Part shown: piece by piece, positions 24,975-38,261 of the stretch
Layout of the letters: each line of letters starts with the position of its first letter
How positions within the stretch are numbered: position 1 is the first letter of the stretch
Source of the DNA: Xylographa opegraphella
Lineage: Eukaryota
Assembly: GCA_022813865.1 (NCBI GenBank)
Contig: JALDZX010000051.1
Coordinates: 62,001 to 126,000 of the forward strand
Length of the DNA stretch: 64,000 nt
Reading direction: 5' to 3'
Notes under the pieces: generated by a model
Databases searched by the model: none
What the model saw: the letters and a program-made list of their open reading frames with translations, nothing else
Told to the model about the DNA's origin: nothing
Translations under genes and position numbers: made by a program

Positions 24975-27900
24975 ATGGCTGATCATCCATCAACCGATGG
25001 CCCATATCCGTGGCCGTCGCCGTCGGCAGACAGTTTTCGGGCTGCATACCTCCAGCCTGAGGACGGACGTGGACTGTCAGCTGCTGAGATGTCGATCTCC
25101 CAAGGGCCGCCAATCGAGAATGACGGTGCACTTGTTGTGCCGACTGCCTCCCACAACGACACTGCCCGATCCCCATCATACACCAGGCGCTCCTCCCAAA
25201 CTGCGGTTCCTTCTCCACCCACCTCGCATTCCGAACCCGTTTCGAACGCCCTGTACGCTTCGACGTCCAAAGAAACCGAAAAGCCCGTGGAGGCGAACTC
25301 GCGAGCTTCTGTGGATGACGACGAGAGAGCGGATGAGGTCAGACACTTCGAACCAATCAAAACGATTTCGACAACGGAGCAGCGACCAGGTCTGCAATCC
25401 AAAAGGTCCGGTCCGCTCACAGAAGATGAAGTGATCAGGGTATTGTCAAGACGAAGGACAAATACCTCTGCAAGTGGCAGGAATGGATCAATTGCAACAT
25501 CTGCGGAGGATGAAGAAGAACAAGCGGAGATGGAGAGACTGATGTCGAGGATGTTTGGGAAGAATCGGCAGAATCAATCCGAAGATGAAAAGACTAGACA
25601 TGTGGGACTCGTCTGGAGGAATCTTATCGTGAAAGGTGTCGGGTTGGGGGCCGCTCTTCAGCCCACAATAAGCGATCCTTTCCTGGCACTTCCACGTCTT
25701 ATCAGTGGCCTATTCACGAAAGGTCGGGCAACGCACAAGCCGCCCATCCGTACTTTGATCAACAACTTTAATGGCTGCATCCGACCTGGAGAGATGCTCC
25801 TTGTGCTCGGTCGGCCTGGTAGTGGATGCAGTACGTTTCTAAAGGTACTGGCTAATCAGAGATATGGCTTCAAGAGTATCGAGGGTGATGTTACCTATGG
25901 TGGTACCTCCGCTAAGACAATGGCGAAAGATTACACCTCGGAGGTCGTGTACAATCCTGAAGATGATTTGCATTACGCTACTCTCAGTGTCAAGGATACC
26001 CTGAAATTTGCGCTAACTACTCGAACGCCTGGGAAGGCATCTCGCAACGAGGGGGAAAGCAGAAGCGACTACATCAAAGAATTTTTGCGCGTCGTGGCCA
26101 AGCTCTTTTGGATTGAGCACACCTTGAACACCAAGGTTGGGAATGAACTTGTTCGAGGTGTCTCCGGCGGTGAGAAAAAGCGTGTCAGTATTGCAGAAGC
26201 CATGATCACAAAGGCGAGTATACAGTGCTGGGACAACTCGACCCGAGGCCTTGACGCTAGCACAGCACTGGAATACGTGGAATCATTGCGATCGCTGACC
26301 AATATGGCCCACATTTCTACCGCTGTGGCGCTTTACCAAGCCGGTGAATCCTTATATGAGAAATTTGAAAAGGTGATTCTGATTGAGGAGGGAAGGTGTC
26401 TATATTACGGGTCAACGGAGGCCGCGGCCGCATACTTCGAGGATTTGGGCTTCAAGCGCCCAGCTCGCTGGACCACTGCGGACTTCTTGACCTCGGTAAC
26501 CGATGAACATGAACGTCAGATTCGCGAAGGCTATGAAGATCGTATCCCTCGCTCTGCAGAGCAGTTCGAGGAAGCTTTTGCCAAGAGTGACCTTTACAGA
26601 GCAAATTTGGAGGATATCAAAGGCTTTGAACAGCAAATTGACGAGCAACAACGTGAGCGGCAAGCAGCCATGACGAAGGCCACGAAGCAAAAGAATTATA
26701 CACTCTCATTCTATAAGCAAGTCTTAGCTTGCACTCACCGACAATTCCTCATCATGTTCGGCGACCGGTTGACGCTGTTTGGAAAATGGGGAGGAATCTT
26801 TTTCCAGGCCCTCATCGTTGGTTCACTTTTCTACAATATGCCGAAGACCTCCAGTGGTGTTTTCCTCCGTGGCGGTGTGATGTTCTTCATGCTGCTGTTT
26901 AACGCACTGCTGGCTCTTGCGGAGCTTACATCGGCCTTCGCCAGTCGGCCAATTCTGCTCAAGCACAAAAGCTTCTCATTTTATCGACCGGCTGCATACG
27001 CCATCGCACAAACCGTTGTCGACGTACCACTGGTCTTGGTTCAGGTCTGTATATTCGATATAGTGGTGTATTTTATGTCAGATTTGGGAAGGACAGCATC
27101 GCAATTCTTTATCAATCTCTTCGTTTTGTGGATAGTTACCATGTCGATGTATTCTTTCTTTCGAGCCGTCGGCGCCTGGGTCCCATCCCTCGACGTCGCT
27201 ACAAGAATTACTGGTGTGGCGATTCAGGCATTGGTTGTGTACACTGGTTATCTCATTCCACCCACCAAGATGCACCCATGGTTCAAATGGCTCATCAACA
27301 TTAATCCCATTGGGTATGCGTTTGAGGCCGTAATGGTGAACGAGTTCGACTTTCTCGACATCGTGTGTGAAGCACCTTATCTTGTGCCCCAGGGTCCAGG
27401 GGCAGCACCACAGTATCAGTCTTGTACCATACAAGGAAGTCAACCAGGACAGACGACTGTGAACGGAGCAGCATATCTTGAAACTGCTTTCACGTACTCC
27501 AGAATCCATCTTTGGAGGAACATTGGTATCCTGTTTGGTTTTTGGTTGTTCTTTGTTGCTATGACAATGTTAGGCCAGGAACTTCAAAAGCCGAATGCTG
27601 GTGGAGGCGCAATCACGATATTCAAGCGAGGTCAGGCACCCAAGTCTGTTCAGAAGGCCATGGAAAAGGGCAGTACACCTCTCGACGAGGAGAAGGCGGC
27701 CGCTACTGATAACGAAAACCTGGAAGATGAATCAAGCGGGTCCGACTCTGAGGTTGGAGCGAAAGGCATTGCAAAGAACGAGACCGTCTTCACTTATCAG
27801 AATGTGAACTACACTATTCCCACTAAAGATGGAGAAAGACAGCTTCTTCGGGATGTACAGGGATATGTCAGACCTGGCAGACTAACTGCTTTGATGGGCG

Positions 27901-29809
27901 CTTCCGGAGCGGGAAAGACAACATTGCTGAATACACTGGCACAGAGAATAAATTTCGGTGTTGTAACGGGAGACTTTCAAGTCGATGGTCGGCCTCTTCC
28001 AACCTCGTTTCAGCGCGCTACTGGTTTCGCCGAACAGATGGATGTTCATGAGCCAACGGCAACCGTGCGGGAAGCATTTCAGTTTTCGGCATTACTTCGG
28101 CAGCCTAAAGAGATCCCCATCAAAGAGAAATACGACTACTGCGAGCGAATTATCGACTTGCTTGAAATGCGTCCCATTGCAGGCGCTACCATTGGCAAGA
28201 TTGGCGAAGGCCTGAATCAGGAACAACGCAAGCGCTTGACAATTGGTGTTGAGCTCGCAAGCAAGCCGGAACTTCTTCTTTTTCTTGACGAACCTACAAG
28301 TGGACTGGACTCAGGCGCTGCATTCAATATTATTAGATTTCTCCGCAAACTGGCTGATGCGGGACAAGCTATACTGTGCACGATTCACCAACCTTCATCG
28401 GTTTTGTTTGAGTACTTTGACGAATTGTTGCTTCTGAAGTCAGGAGGAAGGGTCGTGTATCACGGCTCTTTAGGCAAGGACTCACGGACTTTGATAGATT
28501 ATTTCGAAGGCAACGGTGGGAAGAAATGCCCGCCCAATCATAATCCCGCCGAATATATGCTCGAAGTCATTGGAGCAGGAGATCCGGATTATAAAGGGAA
28601 AGATTGGGGTGATGTTTGGGCAGCTTCCACAGAACATGAAGAACGCTCGCAAGAAATTCAACAAATGATCAATGATCGCCGGAACGTTTCGACAAAAGGC
28701 AATACCGACGATGATAGAGAATTTGCAATGCCACTCGGCACTCAAGTTATGGCTGTTGTGAAACGATCGTTTGCCTCTTATTGGCGAACACCAAATTATC
28801 TCATTGGTAAATTCATGCTCCATATCATCACAGGATTGTTCAACAGTTTCACATTCTACCATGTCGGAGAGTCATCGATCGATATGCAATCGCATCTTTT
28901 CTCGATATTCATGACGTTGACGATAGCGCCTCCACTCATCCAACAGCTACAACCCAAGTTCATCGAGTTTCGCTCAATTTTCGAGTCGAGGGAGTCTAAA
29001 GCTAAGATCTATTCATGGGTAGCCTTTGTTGCGGGAGCTGTACTTGTCGAGATACCATATTCAATACTGGCGGGGACTCTCTACATGATTTGCTGGTGGT
29101 TTCCTGCTGTTGGACGCCACCGCACGTCATTTGAGACCGGATATACCTGGATGCTTCTTATGCTATTTGAGCTATTTTATGTCAGCTTTGGCCAAGCTAT
29201 CGCGTCCTTCGCCCCGAATGAACTCCTTGCCTCCCTCCTGGTACCTGTGTTCTTCTTGTTTGTCGTTGCTTTCTGCGGCATTGTGGTACCATATGTGACC
29301 CTGCCACACTTCTGGCAGTCCTGGATGTATTGGCTTACACCATTCCATTATTTACTGGAGGGATTGCTCGGCGTCGCTGTGCACGATATCCAAGTTGTGT
29401 GTCAGGACGCAGAGTTCGCTCGATTTAGGGCTCCCCCAGGCCAGACGTGCCAAAGCTATACCCAATCCTTCATTGCACAAGCAGGTGGGTACGTGCAAGT
29501 GGGTCCCGGCGGAATTTGTGAGTTTTGCCAGTATGCCACTGGCGATCAATTTGTGAGTAATTCCAATCGACTCCTGATATATGCTCTCATCATCACTAAC
29601 ATGATCAACAGGCGGCCGGATTCAACGTGTACTACGCTCACAAGTGGCTTGACTATGGTGTCTTCTGGGCCTTCATCTGCTTCAATTTCTGCATGGTCTT
29701 CTTGTGCTCTTGGCTCTATCTTGGCGGAGGGAAGAAAGTTAAGGCTTTATTCAGCCCTTCTGCAAAGAAACAGATGAAAGCTGCGACGCAAGAGAGGGAA
29801 AAGGTTTAG
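24975..29809 (+). CDS. Full-size PDR/ABCG multidrug ABC transporter (NBD-TMD)2, AtrF-like
   Basis: NBD1: GRPGSGCST, VSGGEKKRVSIAE, CWDNSTRGLD. NBD2: GASGAGKT, LNQEQRKRLTIGVEL, FLDEPTSGLD. A 3' intron at 29553-29611 gives the real C-terminus (AAGFNVYYAHKWLDYG...EREKV*). Confidence 0.95.
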
Positions 29810-30627
29810 GATATTATTTTGAGAAACAGGCCGAAGGATAGGCTGAGGGCTGTACGAAGGGTCTTCGTCATCCTCGAGGCGCTATTGAGTGGAGGTCCAG
29901 AGCCGCGTGAGGGAATATAGCTGAAAGGCAGCATAATACAAATGAATCGTAGATTATAGACAATACTGAATTTCGCACCTCCACCACGTTCAAGATGTTG
30001 ATGGGTTCGCGTATATTACGAACTCTGCGCGCCGGACAGGGTAGTTTGAACGAAGGCATTTGCCAAATCGTGTTCGTCACGACAGACATTATAAGTAGGT
30101 CATCACACAAGATGTTGTCTATGGGATCAGTCTAAAGCAAACCAATTGAATCGATAGCATTGATGTGTACGACTTTCTGGATTGCTTTCCAAGCGTTGAA
30201 ACACTATCCGTGTACTCCGGAGGAGACAGCGACCTCCCGTGTGATGAGCATGTCTGCTTCGGCATACCGTTATTGTTTCGTCTAACTACGATTGGGGCTA
30301 GTCTAGAATAGGCCGTGGTGGCGGGCGAAAGCGATGACGTCACTGTGATCTCGATATTCGAAGTTTGCTGGCCGAACTCGTACCAGTAGTTAGCATCACG
30401 CCAGAATGGTCAGAGCAGGCCCTCAGAAGTGAGTCCCACCTTTCACCAAACCCTCCTCTGTTAGCCACTATCAAATTCGCGTATCCTCATCTCCGTTTCC
30501 CAACAGACAAATCTCCTCCCACCACGAACCCCTCCCCGCCGCCTTCCAAACCACCCCCGAAGGCCGCGCTCAAGCCGAAGCCTACCACGCCGCCCAGCAG
30601 CACGCCGACCCCCCCACCGCCGACAGC

Positions 30628-31571
30628 ATGGCCGCCAAACTCGCCCTTACGGACCTCCTCCCCCTGCCCAAATCCGCGGTCAAGATCCCCCGTCTGGGCT
30701 TCGGCGTCTACCTCTCGCCCGGGGCCGTGTGCGTGGCCTCGTGCCTGCACGCGCTCAAGCACGGTTACCGCCACATCGACACGGCGCAGTACTACCAGAA
30801 CGAGACCGAGGTCGGCACCGCGCTGCGGCAGTCTGGCCTGCGCCGCGAGGACGTCTTCCTCACGACCAAGATCCTCGCTGCGGCGGGTAGCCCCGAGAAG
30901 ACGTACCAGCGCTGCGTGGACAGCGTAGCGAAGATCGACCCCGGCGACGGCGGCTTCGTGGATCTGTTCCTGATCCACTCGCCGAGCGGGGGCAAGAGCA
31001 AGCGGCAGGAGATGTGGGGCGCGCTGGAGAGGCTATTGGCGGAGGGCAAGGCGCGTAGCATCGGGGTCAGCAATTTCGGGGTCGGGCATATTGAGGAGAT
31101 GAAGGAGTACGCCCAGGTGTGGCCGCCGCACGTCAACCAGATCGAGGTAAGGATAACGGCCCTTCTCTTCCCCGGGCTCGCCGTTGGTTTCCCCCCCCAG
31201 CACGCGGTATTTGCTGACTGTCTTCGGCCACCCAGCTGCACCCGTGGTGCCAGCAGCGGACCATCTGCGAGTACTGCACGCAGCACGGCATCGTCATCGA
31301 AGCCTACTCGCCGCTCGTGCGCGCGCAGAAGGCACACGACCCGACCCTCGTGCCCATCGCGCAGAAGCACGGCAAAACGACGGCCCAGGTGCTGATCAGG
31401 TACTGCCTGCAGAAGGGCTGGGTGCCCCTGCCCAAGAGCGACACGCCCAGCCGCATCGAGGAGAACGCGGCCGTGTACGACTTCGAGCTGAGCGCGGAGG
31501 ATATGCGGGAGCTGGACGCCCTCGATATGGGCGCCGATGGCGCAATTGTACAGGCCGTGACGAATAGCTAA
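30628..31571 (+). CDS. Aldo-keto reductase
   Basis: GYRHIDTAQYY, FLTTK, DLFLIHSP, SIGVSNF, NQIE-LHPW across intron 31147-31235, and PLPKS. Very GC-rich. Confidence 0.95.
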
Positions 31572-32559
31572 AGTGGCGGGGGGGAGAGTGTTGTCAGCTA
31601 ACGCGTTGTATAGTTTCGGTCGCATTATGAGAGGATGCGGGCTTTTGATCCTGGGGCGGAGCGGCTGTGAAAACCAAGGAATTGATGGGGAAGGGGTGTG
31701 AGGTGTGGGCGGTTTGAGCAACAGCGGGTTGGGAGGAAATGTTCTCCTAGTCACTTACGCATAGGCCATAGGAAAACATAGACTTCCTTGACGACTAAAA
31801 CAATTCAACAGAATGAGAGATGTCTGTACTTCCACCCTTCCACCATTCGCATGAAACTCCCGAGCACCACATCTACACCCTGACTCTTAACCCGGAACAC
31901 TTCCCCCTCACCAGCATTCGCAGCCTTAACCACGTCTATCGAAGCAGACTAGACGACCCCCAGCACCACTCAACGACCAAAAACGACAGAGCACCCCAGC
32001 CACAGAATGCCGCATCCACGCACTACCAGTAACCACTCAACCAGCCATCGAGAACCACACCCCCTTTTCCCGAGTCTAGATCGCTCAGGGAATCAACCTC
32101 TTTACTCGTGGACGTCCCACACTAGTTAAGTAGAGAACTGGGTCTCGCTTCCAGCATACAACAGTGAACGGGACTCCGCATCCTGTCATTGACCGGTTCC
32201 GCGGCTGTCGCTGACAGCTAGGAGGCGGCAGCGTGCTCGTCAGGACGTGACCTCGACGTAGGTGGTCAAGGTGTAGAGGAACATCACTGCCATCCTCGTG
32301 AGGTCTCGATCTCCTTCCAGTGACTAAAAGTTCCCACCAGTGATGTCCGTCTTCCGTTCGATAAGCCCAAAGTCAATCGACATGTTCAGTGGTTACGAAG
32401 GCGGTTCACAACATCTGACTACTGAATTGCCATTGAAAATTATGATGAAGGATAAAACAAAAGTATCGCATAATTCGAGGATATAAGAAAAGAACCCGCA
32501 ACCGCGTGCATATGTACAGCGATCAGCCCAGTATCCGCACAAGTCACTTGTCTCGACAG

Positions 32560-34015
32560 CTAAGGCAAGGGCTGATAGGCACCATGTAGAGCTTTCTCTT
32601 CATCATCGTCGTGCGACCACGTGGTCGAGTAAGAGATGCTTTTGACGATGCTATTGTCTTTACCCTCCCTCGAATAGTTACCTCCCGACTTGGTTGGCAC
32701 CGGTTCCACTCGCGACATTCTCACCGACTCCGGCTCTGCCAGAGTGGGCCGCGAAGACGAATCGGAAGTCGGGTTCGTCTTTGCGCTCGCACGCTGTGGT
32801 GTGTATGGACTGTTCCGCCACGAGTACGATTTCTTGTCGAAGCTGTCCGCGAGAGTCGTGACCCATCCAGGGATTAAGTATTGTAGGAGTGGCCGCATGA
32901 CTGGCAAGCACGCGCAGACTAGACCGATGGCCATTTCCACCAGAGACCAGATACCGGCAGGTTGGTTGGAATCTAACTTGTGTAAGCGTTTCATTGTAAT
33001 GGGGTGTACAAATCAATTCGTTTCGGAACTTACAAGTCACATCGACGGGAATCACCTGTTTGAGATAGGTGTAACGAATGACACTGGCAAGGCATACACT
33101 GTTGAACATCAGATGAGTCTCACACAACAGTTGCCGGATATACTTACAAGCCACCAAGCAAGAAAATAGATGAGATTGCAAGCTTCTGAGACTTTTTGAT
33201 ATGAAGGCGCCATACAATAGGCATCGGCAGCACCAGAATCATAATGTCGGAAGCAATGTTGAGGGCAGCATTACCCGCGAGGAAGATGTATTCGTTCACA
33301 CAGAAGCCATTGGTGTCACCAGTTATCTGGTTCCAGTAGAAAGATACGGGGAGGCATTGGAAGATTGTTGCACAACCACACCCAACAAGCCACAGTAACA
33401 CCCAGGCTACGACGAAGTACCACACAGCCCGCCATGCAACTGGTGTCACGGATGCAGGGAATATCCTTCGTAGCAATAGCAAGATGGACATTTTGATAGC
33501 CGTGGCTGTTGATGCATAGGTCAGTTCGAAGGCAAAGATCATCTTTACATCTCAACGCGTCAGTCAATGTCGAAGGAAGGGAAGCAATCTGGCTCACCTG
33601 TAACATATGTACTTGTTGTGGAATCGGAACTGTAATAGCATGTTTCCCGCCTCCAAATTGGGCACCTGAAGTTCCAGTCAGCCTCGTTTGATCCTTAGCG
33701 GGACTTGACGGAATGAGACTCACAAAGTATCAGTTCTATGCAGAGGCCGTATATAAGAACCTGATCATGATAAGCAAGCTGTTCCCTCTCCTCAATGGGT
33801 GCAGATGGACCAAGTGGACTTACCAGCGCGAGTATGATGCAGTAGTCATCCACGGTTATCTTGGCGTTGAGCTTTCTCTTGCACAGCAGGCGGAGGATGA
33901 CAGTGGTCGCTGTCACGACCATCATAGTAATAGCGGATGCATAGAGTCCACCTGAAGCGTTATCATTGATGTTCTCCTCCTGGTATTGGATCTCCTGTGG
34001 ACTGATCTCCGCCAT
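32560..34015 (-). CDS. PTH11-like (fungal rhodopsin-domain) 7-TM integral membrane protein without CFEM
   Basis: Multi-exon. Motifs LRL...DDY, KMSILLL, FQCLPVSFYW, NIASDIMILVLPMP..W.L and WSLVEMAIGLVCACLP, then an S/T-rich tail. Confidence 0.88.
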
Positions 34016-34569
34016 GATTCAGAAGTTTATTGGATAACGAGTCAAAGTAAGTCAATGCAGAAAGGGAGACAGAATATCTTGGTACAATTGTATGGTCAAA
34101 AGGTTGTGTGCAAAGCTCTTCTTATATCCCCAAGGTCACGAGAGACGCCAGCTCCATCGAGGTCAGACCTCGAAAGCTCGCAAGCTCGCGAAGTGACTTG
34201 AGAAGTCATATACCCTGGTCAGTCTTGGGTAAGGGCCCAAGCGACAACGCAGAATGAGGTTACATCAGCCTATCGTAGCTAGTAGTATTCTGTAGAGCTT
34301 CCAGAAGGTGTTCCCGGTAGCCCTCTGTCCCAGGTACTCCGCAGGTATGTGGTGTTTTGTGCGGATCTTGCACACAGAATTAGCGGCACTCGCTTAGTTT
34401 CCCCGCTCGGACAGCTCGGACCGTGCGCTAAGAACGCTAGCTGCGTGAGCCACTGTGCATTAGTGTGCTCTCTAGCGCTTCGGTACATCTTAGCGCAATC
34501 TTAGTCTCGTACGCGGAGTATTAGTGCTGTGTTCCATTCAGGAGGAGCCGGATCAGGAACGGCTAATCT

Positions 34570-35290
34570 CTACTCCGTAGGTATTGAGGTATTCCGGATG
34601 GCAATCTCTTCTTCTCGGTCCAGCAGCGGCCTGCAAAAGAATCCCATGCACGGATATTGTTCCCAAATCATATGGTTGCACTGCTCAGCCATCGAGAAGG
34701 ACAGCATACGCCCGCGATTGCCGAGCAGCGCCTCTGGCGCCATCAAGAACACTGTGTGGTCGACGACCGCCCACCAGCTCATCGACATGGTCTGTAGTTG
34801 TTGTAACCTATCAAGATCAAGAAGTAGTGCTGCTCTCCGCTGCATTAATTGTCAATCTTAAAAGGCCAAGGTACCTTAGGGAATTGGGTTCCGTTCAGCG
34901 CGACCACTGACGTTTGGCCTCCTTGAAAGGAGGCCTTCGTGGCATCCGTGCAGGTCAATAACCTCAGGTAGTACTGTGATGGCCGTGCTTCGGGACGCGC
35001 ATTGCTCTTCTGAGTCAATAATGCCCCCCCGTTCACCCACACTCAACCAGCATCAATAGGTGAGGACTTGCCCTCATGGGGAACTAATTTATCTGACGGT
35101 GCATGCCAGCGACCACTAGTATTGGCGCGCATGCAAAGCCTCAAGGTACGCATCAGCCGGAATGCCGTCGACAGTGACACTGACACAATCATTTGAATTA
35201 CATTCCTGGCTGACACTTTTGAACCAATAATATCTCCCAGCTGCGTCGAAACCGTGAGCGTGGGTTCAGGACGCCTATCACTCCACATTG
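34570..35290 (-). pseudogene. Possible degenerate type-B carboxylesterase relic
   Basis: Short motif-like fragments in the expected order but separated by stops and apparent deletions: TVSTQLGDIIG, ANTSGRWHAP, VWVNGG, WAVVDHTVFLMAPEALL. No GxSxG found. Confidence 0.3.
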
Positions 35291-35403
35291 GGATTATGCG
35301 GAGAATACGCAGTACGATGCGGCCCGTCGAGATTAGTGCCATGCAAGCCTTCGAGACCGTTGGGGACACCGCTGCATCGCTGTCATTTGGAGGTTGACCT
35401 ATC

Positions 35404-35910
35404 ATGTTGACAGCTTGCCGAGTTGAGGCGTCCTCTACGACAGAAGCGTTCTTACTAAGATACTCTTACCATGGCTCAGGCTTCATGGACATCATCCAGG
35501 CGTCCGCATATGGTGCGAAGGAGGGTGAATCGGCTCTTGGTAAGAACTCAGCGGTGCTTCAGCTTGCCTTCTCGAAGCCGATCCAGACTACCACCCGGCT
35601 CTGTCAATCGACTGCTCGTGGTTCGTACGGCGGCAATATCATTGCAGATCTATCTACACCTATTCCCCTTCCGCTACGTACAGTCCCGCTCGGTCTGCGA
35701 GTCTGGCGGATTCCTTATTTCCCGCTTCCCCACGATTTCTCGAAGGAGACTGTGCGTCGTCCAGCCTTCCCAAAAAGATCCGGGCTTCCTAAAGACGTCC
35801 AAACGGTCCTTAGCTTTGGGCGCGTGGAGGCAACCGTGCAGGACGGGTTTGACTCGGAAGCAACGGAGACAATTTCGCCAAAGTTTTCTACGCAGGATAC
35901 TCGCTCATAG
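35404..35910 (+). pseudogene. Possible degenerate HSL-type alpha/beta-hydrolase relic
   Basis: 168-aa ORF with HGSGF, GSYGGNI and YFPLPHDFS in the order expected for abhydrolase_3 proteins, but too short and lacking the C-terminal Asp/His region. Confidence 0.28.
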
Positions 35911-36005
35911 AGAGATACACCTACCAGACACATACTCCCTACCTGCAACGTTTTTGTTACGTTGCCCACAATGCAACTCCAACCATGCCGTAACCTGCCC
36001 CTTCT

Positions 36006-37145
36006 TCACTGCGCGTACGCCGCCGTCTCCGTCTCCCTCATTTTCCTCGCCTCCCGCTGATCCGCCTCCGCTCTGGCCTCTTCCTCCCCCATCCCCGGAT
36101 GATCCGGAATCGCCACCGGGAGACCCTTCTCCCTATTCTCCTCACACTGCCTCCGATCCCCCACCTCGTCCAGCGGTCCGGCAACCAACGGATCCACAAT
36201 CCCCAACAACTCTTCCTCCCCCTCCCTCTCCCGTCTCCACCCGTTCCAAATGCCCCACCACCACGTATGCGTCTCGCCATCGCGACCTAGATGCCCCGCC
36301 ACGCCGTCGCTCGCCACGCGCCGCTCCCACGGCTTGTCGACGATGTAGTGCAGCGCGGCGACCTCCCCGTCGCGCCACATGCGCTCGTGCCAGTAGCGCA
36401 TCGTCTTTAGCGCGTTGTGCTGCCACCCGACGCTGCACCAGCGGTCGCGGTAGTAGTCGGCGAGGAAGTCCTGGTCGGGGAACATGTAGTCGGAGAGGTG
36501 GGGGGAGGCCTCGAAGGCGGCGATGAGGGCCGCCCACCGCTCCGGCGACGGGTAGAACAGGAACATGCCGCCGTTGAGCAGGGTGTGGGTGGGCCGGAGG
36601 GCGGGGACGTCGGAGCGGGGCACGGGCGTCGGCGCCGTCAGCGCCGCGGGGTGCGTCATCGGCGTGTAGGCGCAGTTGGCAGGCTGCCAGTCGGCCGGGG
36701 CCCAGTTGTCGTGGTCGAGGTTGCAGACGCAGGCGTGGGTGGCGGCGAGCCAGTCCGGGGTCGGCAGCGGGGTGTCGAAGACGGCGTCCATGTTGCGGAA
36801 GAGGGCGATGTCGGCGTCGAGGAAGACGATGGCGTCGTAGGCCGTCAGCGCGAAGACGCGCAGCTTCGTCCACGTGTCTTCGAAGCGGGCCGCGATCAGC
36901 GTCGGCGTGTGGTGCGGCGGGGGCAGCAGAGGCGTCGTCGGCACGATGCGCACGAGGGGGTTGCGGGCCCGCTCGAGCTCGAGCGCGCGGAGGGCAGGGG
37001 CGGGGAGGGACGGCGTCACGAGGACGAGGAGCGGGTGCGCCGTCTGCTGTGTGCGGAGCGTGTGCGCGAGCGTGAGCACGCCGGGGAGGTAGGAGGCCCG
37101 CGTGAGGAGCGTGGCCCACGCGCGGTTGGGGCCGGGAGGAGCCAT
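36006..37145 (-). CDS. Glycosyltransferase family 8 protein (glycogenin/galactinol-synthase-like)
   Basis: Intronless 379 aa: AWATLLT..SYLPG, RFEDTWTKL, DxD motif FLDAD, HACVCN, LNGG, FPDQDFL, HYIVDKPW. Very GC-rich. Confidence 0.92.
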   Translation of the reverse strand: MAPPGPNRAWATLLTRASYLPGVLTLAHTLRTQQTAHPLLVLVTPSLPAPALRALELERARNPLVRIVPTTPLLPPPHHTPTLIAARFEDTWTKLRVFALTAYDAIVFLDADIALFRNMDAVFDTPLPTPDWLAATHACVCNLDHDNWAPADWQPANCAYTPMTHPAALTAPTPVPRSDVPALRPTHTLLNGGMFLFYPSPERWAALIAAFEASPHLSDYMFPDQDFLADYYRDRWCSVGWQHNALKTMRYWHERMWRDGEVAALHYIVDKPWERRVASDGVAGHLGRDGETHTWWWGIWNGWRREREGEEELLGIVDPLVAGPLDEVGDRRQCEENREKGLPVAIPDHPGMGEEEARAEADQREARKMRETETAAYAQ

Positions 37146-38261
37146 GGGAGCTGTCGGTGCTGGGAGGTTGGACTGGCAAAGGGGAAGTGGCCGTTCGACT
37201 CTCGTTCATACATATCAGAAGGATTGAAGCAAGAACAGTGACGTCACGTAGAAAAAAGAGTATGCCGCGCTTCGCAGACTGCTCCACAGTGCGGGGACGC
37301 GACAGGATCAGCTTCGGGATACATGGCTGTCGCTGTTTCGTGACGTGAGGCTCGATGTGGGCATTGTGATATGGTCAATGTTCTTGAGAATGCAAAGGGA
37401 CCACCTTTTTCTTCAAAATGAAAGCGCTATTGTTGAGTCATTGAGGAGATCCATTAAAAATTTTTCACTGTACATTCCTTCTATCTACTTACTCCCGTAC
37501 CATGTTTCATCACTGCTGTACTGTCCGACTGTCATCCAGTTCGAGAAAACCCCCTATGTTAACGCACGCGATGTCCGTGATACACCACTTGAACGTTCTC
37601 ATTCTATCATCTCCAACTGTGTTTCATCATTTATAATCCCCTTCATGGATTCGATCTGCACTGGTCATGCACTGATCCGATACAAACATCCTCGATACGG
37701 AACCACGACACCATCCCGCCGTCGATCGTGACTGTGCTGCAACCACTTCCACCGACCACATCAGCGCCGATGCCCCATCCCTAAGCGACGGAAAAAAATG
37801 GCAAGTGCTGGATGCCGCGAGATCTATAGCGGTGTGATAACCACTCGCACGTGGGCAGCATCCGTGTGTATACACGAGCATGCGAGCCCCGGAGGAGAAT
37901 GAAGACCATTCCCGTCGATACACAGGGCCACGTTGTCACTCAGAGATCTCCATGCCTTCACCTGGAGATGCGCTTCTGAGCCATACAACCACTACCTTGC
38001 CTCCAGCAAATTCAAGGACCGATTCTCGCCCCGCTATGAGCCCTCTCGGTCGTGAAAGCCTCCACCCGTGATCAAATCGCCGAAGGCATGCATCACGTCG
38101 CGCAAGCACAAGGTCCCAATCCTGCTCTCGTATCGCGCGTCGACGCAGAAAGACCAAACTGTCCTCGCCACTGCCACTCGAAGCTGTTGCAGCTCAAGCC
38201 CAAGCCCAAGCTCCAGCACCAGCTCCAGCCCCCTCGTCAGTCCTCGCTATTAAATCATGAT

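Noticed and set aside
30628..37145. Horizontal transfer as the explanation for the GC-rich AKR and GT8 genes
   Set aside because: Core eukaryotic genes (SEC72, RIM1) show the same composition, and the AKR has a normal spliceosomal intron whose sequence and flanks are also GC-rich.
35471..37287. Long overlapping or antisense ORFs (351, 381, 274 aa) over GT8; similar ones over SEC72 and the AKR
   Set aside because: Expected by-products of very high GC3 (few stops in other frames); the products are low-complexity R/P/A/G strings with no motifs.
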